From positions 64,001 through 106,866 of the IMG/VR virus record IMGVR_UViG_3300046492_000163: a stretch of 42,866 bases of DNA. One strand, given 5' to 3'. Both the position numbers and the translations under genes were made by a program. Below, in pieces: positions 1 to 9,632 of the stretch. Within the stretch, counting starts at the first letter, position 1. Each line of letters starts with the position of its first letter. The notes under the pieces were generated by a model, which made no database searches, was not told where the DNA came from, and saw only the letters and a program-made list of their open reading frames with translations. Source of the DNA: a virus (lineage: Duplodnaviria > Heunggongvirae > Uroviricota > Caudoviricetes).

Positions 1-214
1 TGGCTGCATTACGCTGCTCTTCGTACACGTTGCGTGCGTAGATCACAGCGGCTTTGCCAACGAGAGGGACCACTTCTTTAGGCAGGCCATCCAGATTGGT
101 CTTCTTGTTGTATTTGAAATCTTTCTTGAGCTGCTTGATGTCTTCGGAGATGACCAGCTTCTGGCCTTCTAGATCCTTCAGACGATCAAACAACGCTTGC
201 TCGGTATACTGCAT
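1..214 (-). CDS. Small coiled-coil protein, 3'-truncated by the window edge; possibly a GapR/DsbA-like dsDNA-binding protein
   Basis: Manual translation from ATG at 214: MQYTEQALFDRLKDLEGQKLVISEDIKQLKKDFKY..., open to the edge; starts 1 nt after the vWA gene stop. Family call is a weak resemblance only. Confidence 0.55.
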   Translation of the reverse strand, partial: MQYTEQALFDRLKDLEGQKLVISEDIKQLKKDFKYNKKTNLDGLPKEVVPLVGKAAVIYARNVYEEQRNAA

Positions 215-215
215 A

Positions 216-803
216 TTATTGACCCTGCTGTGGTGCGGATGGTTCGCTACGGTAGTTTGTAACCAGAGATGAAACACTTGAGAACGCACTTGCTACGCCA
301 TGGGCATCAGCAGAGAACGAAAGGGTGCTACTTGCCTTGATACCAAGACTCCCACCAGCGGCGAAGGCGTCGATGTTTGCTGCCAAGAAGACAACTTTCC
401 AGCCTCGATCTTCAGCAGCTTGGATCTTCGCTTTGACCTGGGCAGAACTGAACTCTTTACTGGCGTTCTCGGCACCATCGGTAAGAATGGTGATGATCGC
501 CCGTGTAGGGTTCTTTGCTTCCAGCGTGGTAAGCGCCTTACCAATTGCATCGTTCATCGCGGTCCAGCCCAGAGGGCGGTATGTATCCCGGTCCAACGGC
601 TGTACTTCTTGAATCGGTGTATCTTTGATCGGGACCAGGTAACGGTCATCGAAGAGCACCAGAGTCAGGTTAGCATTGCCGCCCTGTGCCTTCTGGTCTG
701 CCAAGAAGGTGTTAAAACCCCCAATAGCGTCATCGCGTACAATATCCATCGAACCGCTTTGATCCACAATTGCGAGGATTTCTACTACTTCATTATTAAT
801 CAT
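216..803 (-). CDS. Stand-alone von Willebrand factor A (vWA) domain protein
   Basis: MIDAS motif IVDQSGSM, plus LTLVLFDD, TAMNDAIG and ILTDGAENAS. Confidence 0.85.
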   Translation of the reverse strand: MINNEVVEILAIVDQSGSMDIVRDDAIGGFNTFLADQKAQGGNANLTLVLFDDRYLVPIKDTPIQEVQPLDRDTYRPLGWTAMNDAIGKALTTLEAKNPTRAIITILTDGAENASKEFSSAQVKAKIQAAEDRGWKVVFLAANIDAFAAGGSLGIKASSTLSFSADAHGVASAFSSVSSLVTNYRSEPSAPQQGQ

Positions 804-976
804 TTTTTACCTATCAAGCCCGCATACGCGAGAAACGTCAATGCTGCAAACACAGCGGCTAATACAACCGGACCATATAGCGGGAGAGTTACCAACCACC
901 AACTGATTGTGGTCAGTCCAGCTATCTTCAAGCCAAACATAATCGCGAACATCAGGCCTAGAATGCCGATCTTCAT
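800..976 (-). CDS. Small membrane protein (about 58 aa)
   Basis: Hydrophobic MKIGILGLMFAIMFGLKIAGLTTISWWLVTLPLYGPVVL... Start placed at ATG 976 rather than 1036, which overlaps the upstream gene. Confidence 0.7.
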   Translation of the reverse strand: MKIGILGLMFAIMFGLKIAGLTTISWWLVTLPLYGPVVLAAVFAALTFLAYAGLIGKK

Positions 977-1029
977 AATCCAAAACTCCAAATCGTTAGA
1001 ATGGGGCGGTGTTACCCGCCCCGACTTAC

Positions 1030-2058
1030 TTACCAAGGGGTATCGTCGTCAAACTTCTGAGCTTCTTCCTTCACCGCAGGTTTAGTAGCCTTGCGGCCAG
1101 TAACTTTTGGTGCAGGCTTTTGCTCTTCTTGTTCTTCTTCACGATCAGAATCATCCGCAGCATCATCTGCCTTGGCTGCCTTAGCCGGACGCAGTTTTTC
1201 AATCTGCTTCTGGATAGCCGAACCCTTATAGTTCTCAGCCTGCTTGATGGTGTTGATGACGTGCGAGCGAAGATGTTCAATCGACTCATCGCTGTTCTCT
1301 TCATCAAACTCAACTACCACTGGGGTAGTTTCCAAGTCTGCGATGTTCTGACCACGGCCCAGAGCAGCGGAAAACTTCAGATACTCTGTGAAGTATTCCT
1401 TCGATCCAGATTTCTTCATGTAAACTTGTGCATCGAACTGGAAGGCTTTACCCAGCAGTTCATCGATACGCTGTGGCAGGAAAACTTCATCTGGTTTGAT
1501 GAGCTTTGCGGCTACGGCCATCTTGTGCAGCATGTTGTTCTGAGCCAGCGACCACTTCTTGGTCTTCCGCGACTTATCCAGGTTCACAACTCGCAACGGA
1601 GTTGGACGTGCGACAACCATCCCTTGTGTTGGGATGTAGAACTGACCACCCGTGTACAGACGTAGAGGCAGCGGATTCGACTCTTTGCCGTGCGCCTTCG
1701 CCATGTCAACAATGATGTCTGGGAAGTCGATCCCGAAAACAACACACTGTTGCGGTTTCTGCGGCCAGCACTTCAGGCGAACATCGGCCTTGGTGTCTGG
1801 ATTCTTGCCATCTTTGAAGTACGTGTCAGGCATCTCTGCCATGATCGCCTCTTCCTCTTCTACAGTGCCGACGAACTCGACTTCAGCGTCTTGTTGTTTC
1901 TGGATGCCGAGGTCAACAATAACCGCAACATAACCTGGAACAGTTTCACGCTCTTGCAGACCAGCAGCTTCAACGCGATAACGGTTGATTGCATCAAAAT
2001 CTACAGACGAATCGGTACTGCCACCCGAACTTTGGGTGCCTACTACTTTAAATGCCAT
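1030..2058 (-). CDS. Putative single-stranded DNA-binding / replication accessory protein
   Basis: 342-aa ORF in the replication module with a highly acidic, disordered C-terminus ending DDDTPW, typical of phage SSBs. Function inferred. Confidence 0.55.
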   Translation of the reverse strand: MAFKVVGTQSSGGSTDSSVDFDAINRYRVEAAGLQERETVPGYVAVIVDLGIQKQQDAEVEFVGTVEEEEAIMAEMPDTYFKDGKNPDTKADVRLKCWPQKPQQCVVFGIDFPDIIVDMAKAHGKESNPLPLRLYTGGQFYIPTQGMVVARPTPLRVVNLDKSRKTKKWSLAQNNMLHKMAVAAKLIKPDEVFLPQRIDELLGKAFQFDAQVYMKKSGSKEYFTEYLKFSAALGRGQNIADLETTPVVVEFDEENSDESIEHLRSHVINTIKQAENYKGSAIQKQIEKLRPAKAAKADDAADDSDREEEQEEQKPAPKVTGRKATKPAVKEEAQKFDDDTPW

Positions 2059-2111
2059 ACTTATACTTTCTCTTTTACTTTCTTAATTGACTTGCTAGTT
2101 TTCTAGCTTGC

Positions 2112-2276
2112 TTATTTTTTAACAGTGAACTCGCGTCCACTGATGGTGCACCGCACCACTACATGGCCATCTCCGGCCTTCTTACTGGTCGGGTTTGCAG
2201 CACGCATCCCCTGACCATAAAGTTCGTCTTGAAACTTACTTACCGCCGTTGGGTTGTAAACGAAATAACCGCCCAT
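2112..2276 (-). CDS. Small conserved-type phage hypothetical protein (54 aa)
   Basis: Manual translation MGGYFVYNPTAVSKFQDELYGQGMRAANPTSKKAGDGHVVVRCTISGREFTVKK*; TAATG coupling to the upstream gene. Below the ORF-track length cutoff. Confidence 0.7.
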   Translation of the reverse strand: MGGYFVYNPTAVSKFQDELYGQGMRAANPTSKKAGDGHVVVRCTISGREFTVKK

Positions 2277-2677
2277 TAACGAATTTCCTTCCCTGCTTGC
2301 AGGACTACAATAGTGACGCCCTGCTGTTTGCCCCCCAGTTCTGCCTTGATGTAGCGAGCCAGATCACGGTCATCCACGCTGGTGTATAGCGAGCCATCTT
2401 TTTCGATGACGCCGTATGCCAGGACTTTCTCTGGCGACTTACGGCGTGGCTTCACCGCCAGTTTGGCAACTACTTCCATCTCGGAAGGCTCTGCACACCA
2501 ATTCTTTTGCGAGGGGAAGTCCACCATCAGTACGCCGTCATCGCGGTAGCCGGTAACTTTCCCAACTTCGTCGTGACGGACATAGCCCCAACCATGTTCA
2601 GGCATCGATACACCAGATTTAACACGAACTTTATCACCAGCCATCAAACTTGCTTGCTTCACTACACTAACTTCCAT
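2276..2677 (-). CDS. Protein with an SH3-like domain resembling the HERC2/Mind-bomb/KEG SH3 repeat
   Basis: GDKVRVKSGVSMPEHGWGYVRHDEVGKV...VDFPSQKNWCAEPSEMEVV matches my recollection of that eukaryotic repeat pattern. Confidence 0.6.
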   Translation of the reverse strand: MEVSVVKQASLMAGDKVRVKSGVSMPEHGWGYVRHDEVGKVTGYRDDGVLMVDFPSQKNWCAEPSEMEVVAKLAVKPRRKSPEKVLAYGVIEKDGSLYTSVDDRDLARYIKAELGGKQQGVTIVVLQAGKEIR

Positions 2678-2952
2678 TCTAGTTTTTTAAATTCAACTTG
2701 CTTTACTTCGCACAAACTATCGCCGTAGTAATACTCGTAGTCGGACCAATAGGATCCCGACTTAGAACAAGACTGTAGGAAGAATTTGTCGTCGTTGCGT
2801 TTATAGATGCGATCCCAATGAACATACTTGTGTTCGTTGATCTCGTCGGACTCTTCATACAGGGTGTATGTGAATCCGTTTAGCTCTAGGGGGTCGTCTT
2901 CGTACAACTCACCTAGATCCTGAACCTGTGCGTTTGTTAACTCTATTAGCAC
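2662..2952 (-). CDS. Hypothetical protein
   Basis: 96-aa acidic ORF; GTG start with GGAGGT Shine-Dalgarno upstream. Confidence 0.75.
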   Translation of the reverse strand: MLIELTNAQVQDLGELYEDDPLELNGFTYTLYEESDEINEHKYVHWDRIYKRNDDKFFLQSCSKSGSYWSDYEYYYGDSLCEVKQVEFKKLEWKLV

Positions 2953-2986
2953 AGTATTACCTCCGCTTCTGCGAGGTAGGGTTGCA

Positions 2987-3014
2987 ATCTTACAACAGTT
3001 ACGTTGGTCGTCAA
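2987..3014 (-). promoter_or_regulatory. Sigma70-type promoter
   Basis: Minus strand TTGACG-16 nt-TAAGAT in the gap between the polymerase stop and the next gene. Confidence 0.65.
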
Positions 3015-3050
3015 CAACTTACCCCTTAATTAGTTAAAAATAAATTTATG

Positions 3051-5696
3051 TTAGTGGCAGTCCTTCCAAGAACGGCCTAGGACGTACCCGGCATCGAGCG
3101 GAACATTCAACTTGAAGTCCATGTTGACCCGTTGAACGGCCTCGGAGATGAGTTCGCCTTGGCGGCAGTACGCAACAAACCATGCTGTATCTGTGTGCTG
3201 TACGTCGCTCCAGGTGCCTTCTTGTTCAGACTTCCAATCAGCAACTACTTTTTCGCATCGCGCATCTTCTGCCTTCTGCAAGTCTTTGCGGATCTTGGAA
3301 TCTTCGTGCTCGATCTTCTGCCAGCCCAACATCTGCTTGGTGAAGACTTTGAACTTGACCGATTCTTTATTAACTTCGCCTTGGGCTTCGTCGTGCATGG
3401 CAATCATCTGCTGCCACCAGTTCTGTACTTCGTCCAGAGACTGGGTGAAGAAGTCCACAATCATGCCTTCAGCGGCTGCCAGGCGGTCGTGGTAAACCAT
3501 TACCTTCTTCGCACATACAACCCCACCACCTTGAAACAAACTGTTCAGGATCGCGTGTGCAGAGCGTGTAGGGATGAGGCGACCATCGATACCGATAATC
3601 CGTTTCTTCTGGAACTGTTTCTCCCACTCCCGTTTCAGTGCATCCTTCAACTTTGCAAGTGGGTCCGCTGCTTCCCAGAACGCATCAAAGACCATCTGTC
3701 CAACAGCCAAGGCAGCACCAATAGTCTTGGCAACTTTCGCGGCCTGGGCACCGTAGGTCGTACCGTACTTAACCGCTTTGGCATCTGTACGTGAGAAATC
3801 ACTCCCGATAATCGCGCTGATCGACTTCGCCATCATGGTGTGAACGTCGAATGGCTTTTCTTGAATCAGCGAGTTGCAATAGGGTTTCCCGCTAGCCTTC
3901 TCGTGGATCCAGCAGTAATGCCCCTCAATGCGTGCCTCAAGCGAACTAAAGTCGTACCCGAGCTGCCATGCCACACGGCTGTCTGCCATGAACAAGGCCC
4001 GCATGTTCTCCCCGTACAGGCTTGTGGAGCGTGGCACATTGACTACCAACCTATGGCGCATTCTCGACGTGGCCGCATCGCATGTACCCGCAGGCGTTGG
4101 GATACGCCCATCCTCGCGAATGTTCGGCAAGTACCCCTTGGAAGTTTGTTCATCTTCCTCATCTTCGAAGTCTTCGAAAGTCTGTCCACCACCCAAGATT
4201 GAGTTACGGCGGTGACGATACGTCAGGTACTCCGTGATGTCGGTAATACATGCCAGCTCTTCAGAACTGTCAGCAATAGCCTGCAAGTTCTTGCAGATTT
4301 CCTTTTCTTGCCCGGTAGTGAAACTTGGGTTGGTCTGAACTTTTAAACCACCACCGCGTTGCTTACGCTTAGCAAAGAAGTTTTCCAGTCGAGCCCGTAC
4401 CTGCCGCTCATTACCAGCAGGCGAGAGTTCCAGAAACTCCATCCGGTCTTTGCGGAACTCGGTATACAGCGTCTGCTCGATGTACCGCGCAATTGCAGCG
4501 TCAAGTTTCTCTGGAGAAAGTTTGATCTTCTTTGAGTCAACCGTGAGGTCTTTCTCTTTGTATTCCAGCGGAACCCAGCCCAGCGATACAAGCCACTCTT
4601 TAATGTGGGTCGTGTCGTTGATTGTGGCCGTCATCGTGGTTTTAAGCGGCACACCCTCTGGCAGAGGGAGCATGTGGCGCTTCCCCTCCCACCAGAATTC
4701 ATAGCCGTCTTCGGTTTCCTTGATTTCAGCACCCAACTTCTCCGCGAACTTCACCAGGTTGGCACTTGGCTCCCCGGTGGACTTCTTGAACTGAAGTTTC
4801 GGCGGGGTATAGTCCTTCATGAACCCCTTAGTTGCTGGACGTGGCGGGATGATCGCTTCAATCTTGATCTTCCGTTCTTCCATCATTGCATCCAACTCAG
4901 CCAGGCACTCTTCAGCCAAGGCTTTATCGAACGCAAATCCCCGGTGCTCCTGACGGGTGATCAGCTCGATAGTTTGCTTCTCCAGCTTGATCGCTGGGTG
5001 CCACTTCTCGTTCCAATCCCACAGGGTCATCTCTGCATCGAGCTTCTTCGCTACAAGCTTGTTCGCCTTCACGTCGAGGATGTTGTAATAGACCATATCG
5101 GCCCCAGATACCAAGAATCGGAAGTCCCGTGGTACGTGCGGTCGGAAGTCCATCTTCTCATCGGTGGACCCGGTAGCCAGGTTCTCCAGGCTGTGCCCAC
5201 CAAATCGATCCGGGTTCAGCGTCTTAGAGCGAACCATTGTGTCGTCAAACACAACCGGTTTACCGTTCCAAGTGTCATCACCCAGCGGCGTATCCATGCC
5301 AATCTCAACTTTATAATCAATACCGAAGTAGAGTTTGATTACCAGCAAGTCGAAGTTGATTTGGTTGTGCGCGATGATCCGGCTTCCTTCCGGAATCCAT
5401 GCCAGAAACTTTGTGAACTCGCTCAGTGGACGATGAACATAGTCTAACGGTTCGTAGCCTTCGAACGTGTACGTGTAAGCGTCATTGACTGCACTGAAGT
5501 CCACGTTGAATGGGCGACCATCAAAGACAAACTTGGGGCCATCGTGGAAGGCAACAATCTTGTCATCGAACTCTACAACGATGCAGTGAATCTTAAAGCC
5601 TTCTTTCAGCTTGTACGGGACCTGGGAGTAATCAATGGAACTACTGTTTAGCAGCCCCGTCGATTCCAAGTCCCAAGTTATATCCTTGGGGGTCAC
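3051..5696 (-). CDS. polA: DNA polymerase, family A, with 3'-5' exonuclease
   Basis: Exo I WDLEST; motif A GYDFSSLEARI; motif B RTDAKAVKYGTTYG; motif C MHDE. Confidence 0.95.
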   Translation of the reverse strand: MTPKDITWDLESTGLLNSSSIDYSQVPYKLKEGFKIHCIVVEFDDKIVAFHDGPKFVFDGRPFNVDFSAVNDAYTYTFEGYEPLDYVHRPLSEFTKFLAWIPEGSRIIAHNQINFDLLVIKLYFGIDYKVEIGMDTPLGDDTWNGKPVVFDDTMVRSKTLNPDRFGGHSLENLATGSTDEKMDFRPHVPRDFRFLVSGADMVYYNILDVKANKLVAKKLDAEMTLWDWNEKWHPAIKLEKQTIELITRQEHRGFAFDKALAEECLAELDAMMEERKIKIEAIIPPRPATKGFMKDYTPPKLQFKKSTGEPSANLVKFAEKLGAEIKETEDGYEFWWEGKRHMLPLPEGVPLKTTMTATINDTTHIKEWLVSLGWVPLEYKEKDLTVDSKKIKLSPEKLDAAIARYIEQTLYTEFRKDRMEFLELSPAGNERQVRARLENFFAKRKQRGGGLKVQTNPSFTTGQEKEICKNLQAIADSSEELACITDITEYLTYRHRRNSILGGGQTFEDFEDEEDEQTSKGYLPNIREDGRIPTPAGTCDAATSRMRHRLVVNVPRSTSLYGENMRALFMADSRVAWQLGYDFSSLEARIEGHYCWIHEKASGKPYCNSLIQEKPFDVHTMMAKSISAIIGSDFSRTDAKAVKYGTTYGAQAAKVAKTIGAALAVGQMVFDAFWEAADPLAKLKDALKREWEKQFQKKRIIGIDGRLIPTRSAHAILNSLFQGGGVVCAKKVMVYHDRLAAAEGMIVDFFTQSLDEVQNWWQQMIAMHDEAQGEVNKESVKFKVFTKQMLGWQKIEHEDSKIRKDLQKAEDARCEKVVADWKSEQEGTWSDVQHTDTAWFVAYCRQGELISEAVQRVNMDFKLNVPLDAGYVLGRSWKDCH

Positions 5697-5705
5697 ATTT
5701 CTTCC

Positions 5706-7520
5706 TTACTGTTCTTCTTCTTCCAGCATTGCAGCCAAGTGCGGGTTATCTGCAATGTATTTATCAAAATCGTACAAGCGTGCAGAAGGAATGTCGTAGA
5801 ACATGCCACCCGCTGGGCCAGTTTCACTAAAGTCCCTGTTCTTCAGGATGTTTACCGAAGTCTTATTACGCAAGATAGGGCTTGGGCTTTGTTTATCACG
5901 CTCCAGGGACAGAGTAAGACCAGATGCTTTAACCAAGAACGAGCTTCCTTGTGCATCATCTTCTGTCAACGGCGAGTCTTTACCGCCGTTCGTTGTTTTC
6001 CGAACGTGGGAAACAATAATCAGCGTGATACCGTACTCCTTGATAATCTTTTTGAACCAGGTGGCAACTTCCTCTTGCTCGCTAACACTCATGCCCGACA
6101 GCAAGTCGGAGTAAGGGTCAACAATAAGAAGAGTGACGCTCTGCCCGATAATCATTTCAAGGATCTTCTCCTTGATTTGCTCCCACGAAGCTCCCCGGTC
6201 GTCACATACATAGAGCGTCGGTGAACCATCAGGACGGACATACAATTTATCGATTTGAGCATCATGTGCAGTTAAGAAGGCACGCCGCTCTTCCTTTTCC
6301 ATCCGGTGCAAGGCTTTGCCCAAGTGGTACGAAAGCAAGTTCAATGAGAACTTAGCGTGGGCCTGCTCAAGCGAGAGAACACCTACTCGCTCATTCGGCT
6401 CATAAAGCGCCATATGCTCAGTCAGGGCACTCATTGCCGTAGTTTTACCAATGCTGGTTTTAGCCAGCAGTAGGAAGATTTCCTGCTTTACAATGCCGCC
6501 GCCACTTTTAGCCGACACGCCATCGAAACACGCTGGCAAACTAATAATCGGCAAATCGGCTTGATCCATCGCGGCTTGTTTAAGTGCCGTAGATGCGTAG
6601 ATGCCTGCCGGTGTATATGGCTGTGCTCCCCAGAAGTCGTTAATGAAATCTTGTTCAGCACCAACCCGGCGACCAGTTGCGTTATCGTAGATATAAGCGT
6701 TGGGGTCTTTCTTCCGCATCTTCATTACGAAGACTTTGCCACGGGGAAGAACTTTTACGATCTTCTCTACGGCCTTGTTGCCAACTTCATCGTTGTCCAT
6801 GCAGATAACGATTTTCTTGAACTTGTTGAAGAACTCATACTGTGCCTGGACTTGCTTGTGAACGCTGCCCTCCCCGCTCGTGCCTGATACAACAGCAACT
6901 GGGTCGAACGCTTTGTTCTTCTGTGCATCACTCAGCATCTGATATGCGGCTAGAGCATCGTGCTCCCCACCGGTAATCAACACCGTGCCATTGAACGTCT
7001 TGAACCACATCTGGCCGAACAGATCACAACTCAGGCCAGTTTCACCAAATGGGTTAGCGAACTCCTTGGGGTGTTTCCTGATCTTGTAGCCAGTGAGCTT
7101 GTAGCTCTTCGTACACGGGTAGTAGATTTCATCTACGCTGCCGTCTTCTTCGTTATAGCGGTAACGCACCATGAACTTCTTGGAAGTTTCATCACGGATA
7201 CCGCGATATCCCTTGGTTTTATCTCCAGTCTCTTCCTTGAGCTGGTTGTGAATCTCTTCGTTAAACGGCTTGCCCACTACGTTCAGTTCCTGCTCTCTTT
7301 CTTCATATCCACCATTCGCTTCCATCCATTCAACGCTTGGATAACTCCACTCGCAGGAAAAACAACGGCATCCCTTGTGTCTACCCGATGAGTCCAGGCC
7401 GTAGATCACCAGGTTATCCCCGGCGTTGTCTTGGCCCTTCTTCCGGCAGACGGGGCACGCGAAGTGCCCAGTTTGCGACAAATCTAATACTTGCCCAAAC
7501 TTCGTTATTTCGTGACTCAC
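5706..7520 (-). CDS. DNA primase-helicase (T7 gp4-like)
   Basis: N-terminal Zn finger CPVC...CFSC; TOPRIM ITGGEHDAL and CMDND; DnaB-type helicase AKTSIGKTT, LIVDPY, IVSHVRK. Confidence 0.93.
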   Translation of the reverse strand: MSHEITKFGQVLDLSQTGHFACPVCRKKGQDNAGDNLVIYGLDSSGRHKGCRCFSCEWSYPSVEWMEANGGYEEREQELNVVGKPFNEEIHNQLKEETGDKTKGYRGIRDETSKKFMVRYRYNEEDGSVDEIYYPCTKSYKLTGYKIRKHPKEFANPFGETGLSCDLFGQMWFKTFNGTVLITGGEHDALAAYQMLSDAQKNKAFDPVAVVSGTSGEGSVHKQVQAQYEFFNKFKKIVICMDNDEVGNKAVEKIVKVLPRGKVFVMKMRKKDPNAYIYDNATGRRVGAEQDFINDFWGAQPYTPAGIYASTALKQAAMDQADLPIISLPACFDGVSAKSGGGIVKQEIFLLLAKTSIGKTTAMSALTEHMALYEPNERVGVLSLEQAHAKFSLNLLSYHLGKALHRMEKEERRAFLTAHDAQIDKLYVRPDGSPTLYVCDDRGASWEQIKEKILEMIIGQSVTLLIVDPYSDLLSGMSVSEQEEVATWFKKIIKEYGITLIIVSHVRKTTNGGKDSPLTEDDAQGSSFLVKASGLTLSLERDKQSPSPILRNKTSVNILKNRDFSETGPAGGMFYDIPSARLYDFDKYIADNPHLAAMLEEEEQ

Positions 7521-7526
7521 TACAAC

Positions 7527-7751
7527 TCAATGCTCCGGATCAATAACTACTTCAGCGAAGTATTCAGACGACTTCCAATGGTCGTTCCCATATCGGTTAG
7601 AGTTGGACGGCAGCTCCATCCAGTGCTCCCAACCTCTATCGTCATAGATATAGCCGTCGCAATCTCCGAATTTTGGGTCGAAGTGAAACGGGTATTCATT
7701 ACGAAGGGTTACGTGGTCTAGTTCTTTCTTACATACCAGATGAACTTGCAT
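7527..7751 (-). CDS. Hypothetical protein
   Basis: 74-aa ORF tightly packed in the minus-strand operon. Confidence 0.7.
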   Translation of the reverse strand: MQVHLVCKKELDHVTLRNEYPFHFDPKFGDCDGYIYDDRGWEHWMELPSNSNRYGNDHWKSSEYFAEVVIDPEH

Positions 7752-7763
7752 ACAACCCCTTAC

Positions 7764-7961
7764 TTAGTGGAACTTCTTTTTCCAGTTGTCGTGCGACATC
7801 CGCATGGTCTTTGCCAGAGCTTCAACGGCAAACAAGCTGTTGATAAAGCCCTCATCCGTCTGACTTACACTCAACAGAGCTTCCTCCAAATAGCCGTAGA
7901 GGCGTTTCTGAGTTTCGGTTAGATGTGCGGTTTCTTCTATATATCGGCCAGTCTCAGTCAT
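7764..7961 (-). CDS. Hypothetical protein
   Basis: 65-aa ORF; TAATG overlap with the Nampt-like stop. Confidence 0.7.
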   Translation of the reverse strand: MTETGRYIEETAHLTETQKRLYGYLEEALLSVSQTDEGFINSLFAVEALAKTMRMSHDNWKKKFH

Positions 7962-9613
7962 TACAGACGCTCACGAATTTCAGTTAAAGTGGTTTTACGG
8001 AGGAACATGCCATTCAGGAACAGCAACTTCAGCAAGTTCTCTTCAGAGGCTTCTTCTAGTGGTGTTACATCGTCATCCAAGAAATAACCGGCTTCAGAGT
8101 TACGGCCTACAAACAACAGGCCCTTCGCAGATTTCTTCTTGCTGTCGGTCTTCGGATCTTTGTAAATCGAGATTGCTTGTCCGTTAACCATCGTCCAAGT
8201 CGCCTTGACTGCGAACCCGAATGTATCCCTTGAACTTACTTGGTATGTATATGACCCGACCCCAAATACGACGTTGCCAGAGGCAAAACCCTTCGCTTCC
8301 AGGCGTTCCAGAATCTCCAGGCAACGCTGTGTCGTAATCGAGTCGCCGTAGATCAGCCCAATGTGCTCATCGAGCAACTTGAAACCTTTGTTAGTTATCG
8401 TGCCGCCGAACTCTTCCCAGAGAACTTGAACTGCACCTTTAACTTCAGCTTCGGAGAGTTCCTTACCAACTCGTTCCATGATTCCATCATAGGAATACTC
8501 ATAGAACTTACCGTCACGAGCCAAGATTTCACTCGGCTTATAACCGCAGATCACTTTCACGGGATCGCCAGAATCTGGACGAACTACCAACTTGCCGGGA
8601 GTAATGCCATTGCTCTCACGAGCCATGATTACTTCTTTCAAGTAAGGCAGACCCTTAGTCAACATACCGTAGAAGTCGAAAGAATCGAGGACGTTGGAAA
8701 GGATGCCTTTCGGGAACTTCCGATTCAGCTCATAAAGGAACATCACTTCCGCAATCAGACGAACTTCCATGTCGTCACGACGCATTGCGTTATTGATGTC
8801 CATTTGCTGACGACTGAGGAACTTGTAGCTCCCGTTCTGCAACTCCTGCTCGATCCGTAGGATATTGCTAGTTGTTACAGCGTGCTCAGTTGCCGGTACA
8901 GACGCGGCGACAAAGCCGGTTTCGCCGTAATACTTCATTGCGTACAGCACGCTACCGAGGGTGTCAGTGCCCAAGAAGTTCGCAATGTGGCCGAAGCCGC
9001 TCCGTGCTGCATCCTCTGGTCCGCTCATGCCACGGGCCGAGAAGTCGTGAGCCTGGAAAGCAACGCCTTCAATAGGGCTTCCCGTGCGTTCTGCGAAGTC
9101 AAACAGCATCGCCTTGTATTCAGCGGCGATAGTTGCGTTGGTCATCGTCTTCCAGGTCAGGTCACTGATCGTGGTTTCGAGGAAGTTCACCAGCCAGTAA
9201 GCGTGATCCACGGTGTTGCGGATCGTCAGGACCGGGACACCCATTGGCACTTTCCGGCCTTCTTGGATCGTCTTAATCTCCAGAGGCAAAGCGCCCAAGT
9301 CGTGCAACTTCGACAGGCCTTCAACGCTGACGACATCCGGACCAAGCATGTAGTCGCAAAGAAGTTTAAATTGAGCCAGAGCGACAGCCTTATCCATGTC
9401 AAAGAACTGCTGCCAGTTCTCGACAATCTCCATGACAGCGCCTTGCAGGCCAATTACAACCAACTTGCCGTCGTAATAACGGGTAGCTTTTTGGCGGTAG
9501 ATGCGGTCAGAGCGGGGAGTTAAGTTGCTGTAAACAGCTTGTGTTCCATCGGCGTACATTGCGGCGTGGCCGAGCTTATAGCAATCGCTATTAAACGGTG
9601 CAAATAGATTCAA
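7961..9613 (-). CDS. nadV: Nicotinamide phosphoribosyltransferase-like protein (Nampt/Namat family)
   Basis: SDCYKLGHAAMY, AHDFSARGM, SVPATEH, VVRPDSGDP, LIYGDSIT, KDPKTD..KKSAKG motifs. Confidence 0.93.
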   Translation of the reverse strand: MNLFAPFNSDCYKLGHAAMYADGTQAVYSNLTPRSDRIYRQKATRYYDGKLVVIGLQGAVMEIVENWQQFFDMDKAVALAQFKLLCDYMLGPDVVSVEGLSKLHDLGALPLEIKTIQEGRKVPMGVPVLTIRNTVDHAYWLVNFLETTISDLTWKTMTNATIAAEYKAMLFDFAERTGSPIEGVAFQAHDFSARGMSGPEDAARSGFGHIANFLGTDTLGSVLYAMKYYGETGFVAASVPATEHAVTTSNILRIEQELQNGSYKFLSRQQMDINNAMRRDDMEVRLIAEVMFLYELNRKFPKGILSNVLDSFDFYGMLTKGLPYLKEVIMARESNGITPGKLVVRPDSGDPVKVICGYKPSEILARDGKFYEYSYDGIMERVGKELSEAEVKGAVQVLWEEFGGTITNKGFKLLDEHIGLIYGDSITTQRCLEILERLEAKGFASGNVVFGVGSYTYQVSSRDTFGFAVKATWTMVNGQAISIYKDPKTDSKKKSAKGLLFVGRNSEAGYFLDDDVTPLEEASEENLLKLLFLNGMFLRKTTLTEIRERL

Positions 9614-9632
9614 TTATGTCTTCCTGACTTTC

